Shown: positions 19,412 to 29,984, numbered from the stretch's first letter. The stretch: 64,000 nt of DNA from Candidatus Latescibacterota bacterium (GCA_963422735.1 OY730476.1:1856001-1920000); one strand, 5' to 3'. A program made the numbers and translations. The notes: generated by a model from the letters alone, not told the origin.

Positions 19412-20218
19412 ATGAGTGCTCAGGCTCTGCCGCTGGAAACTTCTCCCCGAGAATACCACCCAGTAAAACCCCTCAATCCCGAAGAGGACTTCCGCATCCA
19501 GCAGTGTCTCAAGGACGAGGGAAACCTGCCTCAACACATTGCCATTATCATGGACGGCGATAGACGCTGGGCGGTCGAGCGCAATCTGCCCAAGACCGAG
19601 GGGCATCGCTTTGGCCGCGAGTCTGTGCGCGACATTGTCCGCGCCTGCGGCCAACTCCAAATCGAGGCTCTAACCCTGTACACCTTCTCGACTGAGAATT
19701 GGTCCCGGCCCGAAGCGGAGGTAGAAGAGCTAATGCAGTGGCTGCACGAGTCACTGCGCGACGAAGTGTCGGAACTCCACGAAAACAACGTATCTCTCAA
19801 CGCCATAGGCCGCACCGACGAGTTGTCCTCGACCATACAATTGGCTCTAGAACACGCCCTCGCTCAGACCAAAGACAACACCGGCCTCAAGCTCAACTTG
19901 GCACTCAACTACGGGGGCCGCAGCGAGCTAGTCGATGCCTTCCGCAAGCTGGCCGCCGAAGTGGCGGCGGGCCGGCTCACCCCAGAGGGCATCGACGAGG
20001 AACAAATCAGCGGTGCCCTCTATACAGCCGACTTGCCCGACCCGGATTTGTTAATCCGCACCAGCGGCGAAATGCGGCTGAGCAACTTCCTTCCTTGGCA
20101 GATGGTCTATACTGAAATTTGTTTTGTCGGCGATGTGCATTGGCCAGATTTTCGCCGCCAGCACCTCTACGAAGCCATTGCTGCCTACCAACAACGGCAG
20201 AGGCGCTTTGGCGGCTGA
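19412..20218 (+). CDS. uppS: Undecaprenyl diphosphate synthase
   Basis: HIAIIMDGDRRWA, FSTENWSR, ALNYGGR, DLLIRTSGEMRLSNFL; start may be 19355. Confidence 0.95.
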   Translation: MSAQALPLETSPREYHPVKPLNPEEDFRIQQCLKDEGNLPQHIAIIMDGDRRWAVERNLPKTEGHRFGRESVRDIVRACGQLQIEALTLYTFSTENWSRPEAEVEELMQWLHESLRDEVSELHENNVSLNAIGRTDELSSTIQLALEHALAQTKDNTGLKLNLALNYGGRSELVDAFRKLAAEVAAGRLTPEGIDEEQISGALYTADLPDPDLLIRTSGEMRLSNFLPWQMVYTEICFVGDVHWPDFRRQHLYEAIAAYQQRQRRFGG

Positions 20219-21044
20219 CACAGCGGCAGAGGTCTCCGGCCTGCGACAGCGCGTCCTCGCGGCTGCCGTATTCGTGCCGGTGATCCTACTGCTGGTCGAA
20301 GGGGCTAGCTGGGCGCTCTTCCTCTTGGTGCTGGCCGTGGCAGCGCGCTGCTCGTGGGAATACCACCACATCCTAGCGGAGGCTGGCTACCGACCCATCC
20401 GCCTGCCGGGCACTTTGTTGGTCTTGGGTCTGTGCAGCTACTTCTGGCGACAGGGCACGGGCGACGACCTCGCCGCGTTGCTGATGGCAGTCATCTTGCT
20501 GGTTGTGGTGTGGGCCTTGTTCGAGGGCCCAGAGCGCTATGCGGCCAACGCCTTTCTGACGTTGGGCGGCGTACTCTTCTTCGGCGTCTTGGGCAGTGCG
20601 CCGCTTTTGCTTTTTCAAGTGGCTGGTAGGGGCGAGGAGGCTCGCCACTTGGTGGCCGTGCTCTTTCTCTGCATCTGGCTCACGGATTCCGGTGCGTACT
20701 TCAGCGGTCGGTTTTGGGGCCGGGCCAAGCTGGCACCGGCGATCAGCCCCAAGAAGACGCGGATAGGGTGCATCGGCGGCGTAGTCGGCAGTGCCCTCCC
20801 CATGCCCCTAGGCTTTCTACTACCCTCCTTTTCTACGGCGTCGCTGCTGGGGCTTTTGCTCTTCGCAGGCATCGGTGCGCAAGTGGGCGACTTGGTGGAA
20901 TCGGCCTTTAAGCGCGACATGGGCATTAAGGACGCGCCCGTGCTAATCCCAGGCCACGGCGGCCTACTCGATCGCTTTGACTCCTATTTTTCGGCCTTTC
21001 CGCTGGCGTATCTCTACGTGGATGCGCTGGCTGTTTTTTCTTGA
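20208..21044 (+). CDS. cdsA: Phosphatidate cytidylyltransferase
   Basis: DSGAYFSG, ISPKKT, GDLVESAFKR, IPGHGGLLDRFDS. Confidence 0.95.
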   Translation: MAADTAAEVSGLRQRVLAAAVFVPVILLLVEGASWALFLLVLAVAARCSWEYHHILAEAGYRPIRLPGTLLVLGLCSYFWRQGTGDDLAALLMAVILLVVVWALFEGPERYAANAFLTLGGVLFFGVLGSAPLLLFQVAGRGEEARHLVAVLFLCIWLTDSGAYFSGRFWGRAKLAPAISPKKTRIGCIGGVVGSALPMPLGFLLPSFSTASLLGLLLFAGIGAQVGDLVESAFKRDMGIKDAPVLIPGHGGLLDRFDSYFSAFPLAYLYVDALAVFS

Positions 21045-21057
21045 GACGGATTAGAGT

Positions 21058-22368
21058 ATGTTCGATACCCTCACTACTATTGCCTCATTTCTCCTCGCCT
21101 TAGGCGTCTTGGTCTTCGTCCACGAGCTGGGCCACTTTCTGGTCGCCAAATGGGCGGGCATCCGAGTTGAGCGCTTCTCGTTGGGCTACCCGCCCAAAAT
21201 GATCGGCTTTACCCGTGGCGAAACCGAGTACTGTATCTCTTGGATCCCTTTTGGCGGTTACGTCAAGGTAGCTGGCATGGCCGATGTGGGCAGCGAGGAA
21301 ACCACGGGTGCGCATTGGGAATTTCCCTCTAGGTCGGTGGGGATCCGCATGGCGGTCATCGCTGCCGGCCCGGCGATGAACTTTCTCTTTGCCTTCGCGG
21401 CCCTGATCTTTCTGTTCAGCGTTTATGGGATCGACACCTTCGATAGCACCCGCGTCAACCCCCAAGAAAATTCCCTCGCCGCCGAGGCCGGTCTGGTCCG
21501 CGGCGATCGCGTGCGCTCCGTAGAGGGCACGCCCGTCGGCAATGCCTACGAGCTAGCCAGCACCTTGAACGAGATCGCCAGCCGCGGTGCTACCCTCGAA
21601 ATCGAACGCGACGGCATCCTCTTGGATTTCGGCCTGCCACCCGCTGGAGACGAGGGCTACGGCGTGCAGCTAATGCGCCCCACGACGGTAGGGCAAGTCG
21701 TCCCCGATATGCCGGCCGATAGCCTCGGCCTGCGGGCAGGCGACATCATCCTCACCGTCGGCCAAGCTCCGGTTGTGAGTTGGGCTGAGATGAGCGAGGA
21801 GATCCGCCGCTATCCTGGCGAGACGATTCCGTTGATTTGGGAACGCAATGGCCAGCGCATGGAGCAGCTAATCACCCCGGCTACTCGCGCCGAGGGCGAC
21901 GCGCTAGTGGGCCGCATTGGCATCAGCCCTCAGGCCTCGCGCCACACCGTCGGGTTGGGTCGAGCGGTGGTGCTGGGGGGGCTAGGCGTGTACAATTCCT
22001 CCTGGCTGATCCTCGACTTTCTGGGCGAGCTTTTCCAAGGCGACCGCTCAACCGACGAATTGGGCGGTCCGTTGCGCATCGCCCAGCTAGCCGGACAGAC
22101 CGCCGAGCAGGGCTTGCACTCCTTCGTCAGCTTCTTAGCCATGCTCAGCGTCAACTTGGCGATTATCAACCTCCTGCCCATCCCCGTGCTCGACGGCGGC
22201 CACCTGACCTTCCTCACTCTAGAGGGCGTCATGCGCCGACCGCTCTCGTTGCGCCAGCGCGAGGTCTTTCAGCAGATCGGCTTGGCCATCATGCTGTTAA
22301 TCATGGTGCTAGTCACGTTCAACGACCTCAATCAGATGGTCTTCCGCCACATCGCGGAGATGTTCTAG
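21058..22368 (+). CDS. rseP: RIP metalloprotease RseP (two PDZ domains)
   Basis: HELGH, IPFGGYVK, AGPAMN, NLLPIPVLDGG. Confidence 0.95.
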   Translation: MFDTLTTIASFLLALGVLVFVHELGHFLVAKWAGIRVERFSLGYPPKMIGFTRGETEYCISWIPFGGYVKVAGMADVGSEETTGAHWEFPSRSVGIRMAVIAAGPAMNFLFAFAALIFLFSVYGIDTFDSTRVNPQENSLAAEAGLVRGDRVRSVEGTPVGNAYELASTLNEIASRGATLEIERDGILLDFGLPPAGDEGYGVQLMRPTTVGQVVPDMPADSLGLRAGDIILTVGQAPVVSWAEMSEEIRRYPGETIPLIWERNGQRMEQLITPATRAEGDALVGRIGISPQASRHTVGLGRAVVLGGLGVYNSSWLILDFLGELFQGDRSTDELGGPLRIAQLAGQTAEQGLHSFVSFLAMLSVNLAIINLLPIPVLDGGHLTFLTLEGVMRRPLSLRQREVFQQIGLAIMLLIMVLVTFNDLNQMVFRHIAEMF

Positions 22369-22386
22369 CCGCTTGCGCGGCCCGGC

Positions 22387-23499
22387 ATGTCGCTGACTGA
22401 ACAAATTCGCCACAAAGCCCGCGCCTTGGGCTTTACCTCGGTCGGCTTCGCCCCGGCCGACCCGTTAGAAGGGGCCGAGTTTTACGCCCGCTGGGTGGCC
22501 TTGGGCTACGCTGGCCAGATGCACTACCTCAAACGCCATCTCGACAAGCGCGAGGATCCGCGCCGGATGGTCCCCGGCGCTCAGACCGCCATCTGCCTCG
22601 GCATGGATTACTACCAGCCCACGTCTGCAGCACCCGATCCCCTGCGCGGCCGGATTGCTTGTTACGCCCGCGGCTTCGACTACCACGACCTTGTCAAAAA
22701 GCGCTTGGCAGCCCTGTGGGAATTCGTGCTAGCCGAGGCTGGAGCACAGGCGAAAGGCCGCTATTTTGTGGATACGGCCCCGGTTCTAGAGCGCGAACTC
22801 GCCCAGCGGGCGGGCGTAGGCTGGTGGGGTAAGAATACCTGCCTGATCGACAAGCGACGCGGCTCCTATTTCTTCTTGGCCGAAATCATCACCGACCTCG
22901 AACTCGAGTACGACGAACCCGCCCCGGACCACTGCGGCACCTGCACGCGCTGCTTGGACGCCTGCCCCACCGACGCCTTCCCCGAGCCGTACGTACTCGA
23001 CGCGCGGCGCTGTATCTCCTATCTCAACATCGAACTCAAAGGGCCAATTCCCAGAGACCTGCGCCAGGGCATGGGCCAGTGGATCTTTGGCTGCGACATC
23101 TGTCAAGAGGTGTGCCCGTGGAATCGCAAGGCCGCGTCGGCTCCAGAGCCAGCGTACAAGAGCCGAGCTGGCCTCGACAGCCCGGCACTCCTCGACCTGA
23201 TCCAACTCGACCGCGAAGCCTTCAACGCGCGGTTCCGCGGCAACCCGGTCAAGCGCCCCAAGCGCCGCGGCTTTTTGCGCAACGTCGCCGTGGCCTTGGG
23301 CAATTCGGGTATGCAGGCTGCTGTGCCAGCCCTGATCAGCGCACTCGACGATGAAGAGCCGCTAGTGCGCGGCCACGTAGCTTGGGCACTAGGTCAACTC
23401 GGGGGCGATGCGGCAAAAAGGGCGCTCAAACGGTGCTTGGGAATAGAAGAAGATGCGGAAGTACGAGAGGAGCTAAAAGCCGCGCTGGCCGCACTGTAA
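22387..23499 (+). CDS. queG: tRNA epoxyqueuosine reductase
   Basis: VDTAPVLER, CGTCTRCLDACPT, CISYL, GCDICQEVCPWN, HEAT-like tail. Confidence 0.95.
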   Translation: MSLTEQIRHKARALGFTSVGFAPADPLEGAEFYARWVALGYAGQMHYLKRHLDKREDPRRMVPGAQTAICLGMDYYQPTSAAPDPLRGRIACYARGFDYHDLVKKRLAALWEFVLAEAGAQAKGRYFVDTAPVLERELAQRAGVGWWGKNTCLIDKRRGSYFFLAEIITDLELEYDEPAPDHCGTCTRCLDACPTDAFPEPYVLDARRCISYLNIELKGPIPRDLRQGMGQWIFGCDICQEVCPWNRKAASAPEPAYKSRAGLDSPALLDLIQLDREAFNARFRGNPVKRPKRRGFLRNVAVALGNSGMQAAVPALISALDDEEPLVRGHVAWALGQLGGDAAKRALKRCLGIEEDAEVREELKAALAAL

Positions 23500-23503
23500 C
23501 CCC

Positions 23504-24427
23504 TTATTCGGAGAACAATGCGCGGGCGAATGCCGCCCCGTCAAACGGTTGCAAGTCGTCCACCCCCTCGCCTACCCCAATCAGCTTCACCGGCAGATCC
23601 ATCTGACGCCGCAGCGCGACAACAATCCCACCTTTAGCCGTCCCGTCCAGCTTGGTCAGCACGAGCCCGGTCAACTCGGTGGCTTGGTTGAATGCTCGCG
23701 CCTGCGACAGGGCATTCTGGCCGCTGGTTCCGTCGAGTACCAGTAGAGTTTCGTGGGGAGCCGCCGGGTCTTGCTTGGCCAGCGAGCGGCGGATCTTCTT
23801 GAGTTCCTCCATCAAATTGACCTTATTGTGCAGGCGGCCGGCCGTATCTACCAGCAGCACGTCGGCCCCGCGCGACTTAGCTGCTGCGAGCGCGTCGAAG
23901 GCTACGGCCGCCGGGTCGGCCCCGCGCTGCGTACGTATCAGGTCGGCCCCAGCGCGCTCGGCCCAGATCGCGAGTTGTGGGATGGCTGCGGCTCGGAATG
24001 TGTCGCCAGCAGCCAGCACTACCTTTTTGCCGGCAGCGGCGTAGCATTTGGCTAGCTTGCCGGCTGTCGTCGTCTTGCCCGTGCCGTTGACGCCGACGAT
24101 CAGCACGACAAACGGCTTGCCCGGCAGCTCGCCGGATAGGGGCAAGGCCACGCCATTGCCGAGGGCCATCATGGCGGCTATTTGCTCCTCTAGCACCTGT
24201 ATCACTCCGTCCGGCCCGTCTGCCATTTGACCGCGCCGGAGCCGCTCGCGCAGCTCATCAACGAGTTCAGTAGCAGTCTCTAGCCCCATATCAGCGCCTA
24301 TCAGCGCGGCCTCAATATCGTCGATGGCGTCGTCGTCCAAGCGGAAGTTGCCAGCGATCGCATCGGTCATCGCCTGCCGCGTCTGCGCCAAGCCCTGCTT
24401 TATCTTGTCAAAAAATTTGCCCAGCAT
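23504..24427 (-). CDS. ftsY: Signal recognition particle receptor FtsY
   Basis: [32 protein letters not shown]. Confidence 0.97.
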   Translation of the reverse strand: MLGKFFDKIKQGLAQTRQAMTDAIAGNFRLDDDAIDDIEAALIGADMGLETATELVDELRERLRRGQMADGPDGVIQVLEEQIAAMMALGNGVALPLSGELPGKPFVVLIVGVNGTGKTTTAGKLAKCYAAAGKKVVLAAGDTFRAAAIPQLAIWAERAGADLIRTQRGADPAAVAFDALAAAKSRGADVLLVDTAGRLHNKVNLMEELKKIRRSLAKQDPAAPHETLLVLDGTSGQNALSQARAFNQATELTGLVLTKLDGTAKGGIVVALRRQMDLPVKLIGVGEGVDDLQPFDGAAFARALFSE

Positions 24428-24620
24428 GAACGGCTGTCTTTCGGTTTATTGCGCCTTAAGGGACGCGAGGTGACTCAAACCCTCTACGTACAATTTGGAA
24501 TATAGTAATTCATTATGGACATAAGTCCATGCGTCGAGTCAGTACTGACTGAGAAGGGCGTCGTCCGTTCTGCCAGATGGCAAACTGCGGGCTTGCCAGA
24601 TCCAAGCCCCAGAATCCATA

Positions 24621-24660
24621 ATATACATATAGTTACATAAATATACATATAGTTACATAA
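24621..24660. repeat. Exact 2 x 20 bp tandem repeat
   Basis: ATATACATATAGTTACATAA twice. Confidence 0.9.
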
Positions 24661-24693
24661 TTGTTATATCTTGCTCAGTATTAGAAAGATTGA

Positions 24694-24722
24694 TTGACGA
24701 AAAAGAAGGCTATCCGTATCAT
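24694..24722 (+). promoter_or_regulatory. Sigma70-like promoter of the TonB-dependent receptor
   Basis: TTGACG-N17-TATCAT. Confidence 0.65.
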
Positions 24723-24780
24723 GTATGGCTAGCTAATAATAATAATCCATCTTTTTTTAATTTTATGAAGGAAAAATAAA

Positions 24781-27336
24781 ATGAAAAAGTTGCTATCAGC
24801 CCTTGGCCTTGCGGCCCTGCTCTCTGTGAGTTGGGCATCTGAGGCCATAGCTCAGGGTTCAACGGAGGAAGAGGCCGCAGCCGAAGAGGGAATGCTCGAA
24901 GGTATTGTAGAGATCGAAGAGCAGGTGGTGACCGGTGCGCGGCAACCGCGCTCGGTAACGGAATCAGCAGTGCCGGTTGACGTGGTCAGCGGCGACGAAT
25001 TCGTCAAGCAAGGCGGCACGGACCTGCCCGATCTCCTGCGCAATATCGCGCCTTCGTTCAACGTCAATACCCAGCCGATTAGCGATGCGGCCACCGTCGT
25101 CCGGCCAGCCAGTCTGCGCAACTTAGCACCTGACCACACCTTAGTGCTGGTCAATGGCAAGCGCCGCCACCGCTCTGCGGTGATCACTTGGCTGGGCAAC
25201 GGGGTTGCCGATGGCGCACAAGGGCCTGACATCTCCCCCATCCCGGCCATTGCCCTAAAGCGGGTGGAAGTGCTGCGCGATGGCGCCTCGGCTCAGTATG
25301 GCTCCGACGCCATTGCCGGGGTGATGAATTTCCAACTCAAAGACAGCTACCAAGGCGGGTCTATCGAAATCAAGCCCGGCATTTTCCAGGAAGGCGATGG
25401 ATTTACGTACGGTGCAGCCGGCAATCTCGGCTTGGGCAGTGAGAAGGGCTGGGCCAATCTCAGCTTGGAGTACGGCAACGCCGATGAGACCGTCCGCTCC
25501 TACCAGCGCCAAGATGCCATTAATCTGATCGAAGCGGGCAATGAAAGTGTGGCCGATCTCGCTCAGAGATGGGGTCAACCCTTCGTTAGAAACGATGTCA
25601 AGTTTTTCGCCAATTACGGCGCTGGCCTAACCGATGACGTCAAGCTCTACGGCCACGCCAACTACGCCAGCAAAGAAGTGGAAGGCGGGTTCTACTTCCG
25701 CAATCCAAATACGCGAGGCTCCGTATTCACTGCGGACGGCGGCCAGACCTTGCTTATTGGCGATTTGGATGGTGTGGGGACCGGGGGGGAATGCCCCACG
25801 GTAGCCATCACCGATCACGTGCCCGACCCCACAGCGTTAGCCGAGGTTTTTAACGACGACAATTGCTTCACCTTCCAAGAAGCACAGGGGAGCTTTTCGG
25901 GAAGGCCTGGTGGCTTCACCCCGCGCTTTGGTGCCAATACGGCCGATCAATCCGCGCTGATTGGCATTAAAGGCACCCAATGGGACCCGACGTTTACTTG
26001 GGATCTCAGCGCCTCGCATGGTCGCCATAATGCCGACTTCTTCATCTTTAATACGGTGAACGCTTCTCTCGGCCCGGAGTCGCCGACGTCCTTTGATCCG
26101 GGCGAATACATCCAAACAGACACCAATTTGAACCTCGATTTTACCTTCCCGATCAACGATCAGTTGTTCCTCGCTGCGGGTGCCGAGTATCGCACCGAAG
26201 AGTTTGAAACCGTGGCTGGCGACAAAGCGTCTTGGGAAATCGGCCCGTTGGCCTCTCAGGGATTTAGCTCGGGCTCTAACGGCTTTAGCGGATTCCCCAA
26301 CATTGCCGCCGGCACTTGGAGCCGCTCCAATTCTGCCTTCTATGCCGAGGCCGAGTACAACGCACTTGAAAACTGGTTGCTGACCGGCGCGGTGCGCTAC
26401 GAAGACTTCGACGATTTTGGCAGCACGACCAATTACAAGCTGGCGACCAACTACGGCCTCACCGACGACCTGAAGGTGCGCGGCAGCTACAGCACTGGCT
26501 TTAGGGCACCGACGCCTGGGCAGCAGAATGCCTTTAATGTATCGACCCAGTTCGATTTGGTCCTGAACGACTTGGTAAACAACGGCACCATTCCTTCGAC
26601 CAACCCGGTCGCCGAGCTAGTGGGTGGCAAGCCACTCGACGCTGAAAAATCAACCAACTTCACGGCGGGCATGGTCGCCGACCTGTCGAAGGTCAACATC
26701 ACAGTGGACTACTTCGACATCCGGGTCAAAGATCGCCTCGCCCTCTCTCAGGACTTCGATCTTATGGAGAACCTGAAGGAGGAAGAGATCAACGAGCTAG
26801 AGAATGGAGAAGTGCCCTACGTGCGCAACTTGTCAAATTTCCGCTACTTCACCAACGATTTCGAGACGAAGACCTTCGGTATAGACTTCGTCCTCACAGC
26901 CCCGGTGGGCAACGGGCAATTGGTTTTCGTCCACAACTTCACGGAAACCGAGGTTACTGATCACAACCCCGAAACCCTAAGCGAAGGCCGCATCAAGGAG
27001 CTGCAGGAAAGCCTTCCCTCCAACCGCGCCAGTCTGACCTTGACACAAGCTCTCGCACCCAATGTGGATATCCTCGGTCGCTGGAGCTACTACTCTTCAT
27101 GGTGGGATGACGATGATATATACACCTACAGAAGTGAAGGTAGTCTGTTCGATCTTGAACTAAGCCATTTGGCCGACACAGGAGTGAAGCTCACCGTTGG
27201 CGCGCAGAACATCCTCAATACCTATTCGGATGAAAATCCGTACGCCCCTGAGGGCACGGGCAATAAGTACAGCCAATTTACCCCCTTTGGGTACAGCGGC
27301 GCGTTCTGGTACGGGAAACTTGGCTACAGTTTCTAA
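24781..27336 (+). CDS. TonB-dependent outer-membrane receptor
   Basis: Signal peptide, VVTGAR TonB-box region, plug VLVNGKR / EVLRDGASAQYGSDAIAGV, C-terminal LGYSF. Confidence 0.95.
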   Translation: MKKLLSALGLAALLSVSWASEAIAQGSTEEEAAAEEGMLEGIVEIEEQVVTGARQPRSVTESAVPVDVVSGDEFVKQGGTDLPDLLRNIAPSFNVNTQPISDAATVVRPASLRNLAPDHTLVLVNGKRRHRSAVITWLGNGVADGAQGPDISPIPAIALKRVEVLRDGASAQYGSDAIAGVMNFQLKDSYQGGSIEIKPGIFQEGDGFTYGAAGNLGLGSEKGWANLSLEYGNADETVRSYQRQDAINLIEAGNESVADLAQRWGQPFVRNDVKFFANYGAGLTDDVKLYGHANYASKEVEGGFYFRNPNTRGSVFTADGGQTLLIGDLDGVGTGGECPTVAITDHVPDPTALAEVFNDDNCFTFQEAQGSFSGRPGGFTPRFGANTADQSALIGIKGTQWDPTFTWDLSASHGRHNADFFIFNTVNASLGPESPTSFDPGEYIQTDTNLNLDFTFPINDQLFLAAGAEYRTEEFETVAGDKASWEIGPLASQGFSSGSNGFSGFPNIAAGTWSRSNSAFYAEAEYNALENWLLTGAVRYEDFDDFGSTTNYKLATNYGLTDDLKVRGSYSTGFRAPTPGQQNAFNVSTQFDLVLNDLVNNGTIPSTNPVAELVGGKPLDAEKSTNFTAGMVADLSKVNITVDYFDIRVKDRLALSQDFDLMENLKEEEINELENGEVPYVRNLSNFRYFTNDFETKTFGIDFVLTAPVGNGQLVFVHNFTETEVTDHNPETLSEGRIKELQESLPSNRASLTLTQALAPNVDILGRWSYYSSWWDDDDIYTYRSEGSLFDLELSHLADTGVKLTVGAQNILNTYSDENPYAPEGTGNKYSQFTPFGYSGAFWYGKLGYSF

Positions 27337-27482
27337 GAAGCGTTCTTAAAACTAGGGTTTCGCTCTCTCACTCGGCTCAAAGTATCTAGGACCGAGGGCA
27401 TCTCGCTCCATGAAAAACGCTTGACGCCAAGGCCATTCGACAGCCCCGCAAAGCAGCCCGAGGGGGGGTTTAAGAACGCTTC
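27337..27482. mobile_element. MITE-like element with GAAGCGTTCT terminal inverted repeats
   Basis: TAA|GAAGCGTTCTTAAA...TTTAAGAACGCTTC|TTA; starts at the receptor stop codon. Confidence 0.65.
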
Positions 27483-27517
27483 TTAGACGTCGAGCAGCCA
27501 CCATAGACATTTCGCGC

Positions 27518-27551
27518 AAAAGGTCGATTACCAAAAGGTAATCGACCTTTT
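27518..27551 (+). terminator. Perfect hairpin, probable intrinsic terminator
   Basis: AAAAGGTCGATTACC-AAAA-GGTAATCGACCTTTT. Confidence 0.6.
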
Positions 27552-27577
27552 GTATCTTAACCTGAGATGAGCAGCAA

Positions 27578-29215
27578 ATGGCCACATCATACCGCGACAT
27601 CCTAGAGCACATCCGCCGCGCCTTCCCCCAACCGGTATCCGATCCCGTTCACGATTCTTATTTCGTGCATTCCATCATGCGCGCCTTGGACCAAGTCGAT
27701 GCCCTCAAGATGCAGTTGCCGATCCTCGGCCCGGTCGTCCCTAGTGATTTCGAGGAGGCGCGAAACGCCACCCTGCCGGCGACGGTGTCTTCGGTCGAGG
27801 CAGTCACCTCAGAACTGGTGGGCTATCTGCGCGGCATGACCATATCCAGTCATCCCCGCACCCAACAAAACGTCATCGCGCCCCCGACCATTCCCAGCCT
27901 CATCGGCGTCCTGCTCGCCTCGTTGCACAACCCCAACATCGCTTGGGATGAATACAGCCGCCTCGTCGCCTTGGCCGAAGTTGAAGCGGTCGGCATCACC
28001 GCGCGGTTGGTTGGCTACGACCCACAACAAGCCAGCGGCGCGTTTACCTTTGGCGGGACGGGCACCACGCTCTATGGGGTAAAAATCGGCTTGGAAAAGG
28101 CTTGTCCGCAGGCCATGCAGACGGGCGTATCCGACGACGTGGTAGTATTCGTATCCGACGCCGGGCACTATTGCGCCCACAACATCGTCGGGTGGCTCGG
28201 CATCGGCACCGACCAGTTGCTCACCATTCCGACTACAGCCGAGAACGAAATCGACCTCGCGCAGCTAGCGGATGCGGCGCGGGAGAGCTTGGCCAATGGG
28301 AAAAAGATCGCCGCCATTATTGCGACGATGGGGACTACGGATGCGTTCGGATTGGACGACTTGCAGACGATTGCGGCCTTGCGCGACTCGCTAGTCGATG
28401 AATTCCAACTGGCCTACCGCCCACACATTCACGCCGACTCGGTCATTGGCTGGGTGTGGTCGGTGTTCAACGACTACGATTTTAAGGACAACTCCTTGGG
28501 GTTTCAGCCGCGGACCCTCCGCGCCCTCGCCGGGGCGTGCCGGCGCATCCGCCATCTGGCGCTGGCCGACTCCATGGGCATCGACTTCCACAAGACCGGC
28601 TTTGCTCCGTATATCTCCAGCCTCGTCCTCGTCAAAGAGCGGGCGGATTTGCAGCTACTGATGCGCGACCCGCAACAGATGCCGTACCTCTATCACTTTG
28701 GCGACCATCGCCCCGGCATGTACACCCTCGAAACGTCTAGGGCTGGGACCGGCCCGCTGACTGCGCTGGCCAACTTTCGCTTTTTCGGCGAGCAAGGGTT
28801 GCGCGTCGCACTCGGGCACATTGTCGAGATGACCCAGCTTTTGCGCGAGCACCTCGAAGGACACGAAGCCATCACCGTGCTCAACCGCGACAACTTTGGC
28901 GCGGTGACGCTCTTTCGGGTCTATCCACCCGATGTGGATACTTTTGCGATTAAGCGCCAAGAATTCGACGACCCGGCCTATCGGGAAACGCTGCTAGCCC
29001 ACAACGACTACAACCGCAAAATTTTCGAGTACGTGCATGCGGAGGCCATGGCCGGACGCGGGGTCGTCATTTCCTCGACCGACTGCTACCGGCACACCCA
29101 ATATCAAGAACCCATTGTCGCGCTGAAGTCGTACATCATATCGCCATTTGTCGATGAAGATCACATCCGCGCCGTGGTGGCTAAGGTCTTGGAAGCGAGG
29201 GAAAAGTTCGTCTGA
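27578..29215 (+). CDS. Group II PLP-dependent decarboxylase
   Basis: FTFGGTGT, TMGTTDAFG, HIHADS, DSMGIDFHK (PLP lysine). Confidence 0.9.
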   Translation: MATSYRDILEHIRRAFPQPVSDPVHDSYFVHSIMRALDQVDALKMQLPILGPVVPSDFEEARNATLPATVSSVEAVTSELVGYLRGMTISSHPRTQQNVIAPPTIPSLIGVLLASLHNPNIAWDEYSRLVALAEVEAVGITARLVGYDPQQASGAFTFGGTGTTLYGVKIGLEKACPQAMQTGVSDDVVVFVSDAGHYCAHNIVGWLGIGTDQLLTIPTTAENEIDLAQLADAARESLANGKKIAAIIATMGTTDAFGLDDLQTIAALRDSLVDEFQLAYRPHIHADSVIGWVWSVFNDYDFKDNSLGFQPRTLRALAGACRRIRHLALADSMGIDFHKTGFAPYISSLVLVKERADLQLLMRDPQQMPYLYHFGDHRPGMYTLETSRAGTGPLTALANFRFFGEQGLRVALGHIVEMTQLLREHLEGHEAITVLNRDNFGAVTLFRVYPPDVDTFAIKRQEFDDPAYRETLLAHNDYNRKIFEYVHAEAMAGRGVVISSTDCYRHTQYQEPIVALKSYIISPFVDEDHIRAVVAKVLEAREKFV

Positions 29216-29389
29216 AGCCGCCGCTATTTTTTTTTTGCGCCGCCACTGCGGGAGCGTCGAGAGGATATTCCACTGTCGGCGTCGCACTTTGTGAGTCAGT
29301 ATCTCGTGTTTTCAATCCTCCCGATGTCGCCTTACCAAGGAGCTGTACCGCCGCTTGGTCGGGGACAGGGCTTGCGGATGATATTGTAT

Positions 29390-29621
29390 TGTGATACCGC
29401 CATCGCAAGACGCTTGAAGCCATCTGCTCAGATCTAGTATCGTCCAATATCACGTGGCGGCGTATCGAAAGCCTGCTCGTTGCCATCGGCTGCGAGATGA
29501 TCGAAGGCAGCGGATCTCGGTGGCCTTCAAAAGCGGTGCGCATCGGGCTGATTTTCACCGGCCTCCTCTAGGCCAGGTGCATGCGGTCCGTGAGTTTCTG
29601 AATCAATTGGAGATTAGATAA
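29390..29621 (+). pseudogene. hicA: HicA-family toxin, frameshifted
   Basis: RHRKTLEAI...NITWRRIESLLVAIGCEMIEGSGSR / AFKSG..ADFHRP...VHAVREFL in different frames; start approximate. Confidence 0.75.
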
Positions 29622-29851
29622 CGGAATTTCCTAGTTTACGGTTGGGCATTCCGGTTTCATTTAGGCGGTTTCACTCGGCTGGCCCGTAGCCCTCGTCCGG
29701 GCCAGCGCAGTCCCCCGCGTCAATGTGCCGGGGCCCGTCGCCGGGTACCCGCCGCCAAGGGGGCGGATGGGACTAACCACTGATCACTAATCACTAACCA
29801 CTAACCACTGATCACTAACCACTAACCACTGATCACTAACCACTAACCACT
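29620..29851. repeat. Dispersed element copy 1: ~150 bp core plus 11 heptamers (ACTAACC/ACTGATC)
   Basis: Core aligns with 35285-35422; tail 29772-29851. Confidence 0.85.
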
Positions 29852-29961
29852 TGCGCGTCGCCCCCGAAGTACACGCGGCACTAGCCACCGCGGCAGAAAT
29901 CAGCGGCCAGAGCATCAATCAATGGGCTGCCGAGAGGCTGTCAGAGGCAGTCAACGACTAA
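29851..29961 (+). pseudogene. hicB: HicB antitoxin C-terminal (RHH) remnant
   Basis: LRVAPEVHAALATAAEISGQSINQWAAERL*. Confidence 0.75.
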
Positions 29962-29984
29962 GGGAACGCTCTGGATTGCACCAA

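Noticed and set aside
29772-29851. Heptamer arrays as a CRISPR array
   Set aside because: 7-bp units with no unique spacers, and no cas genes in the window
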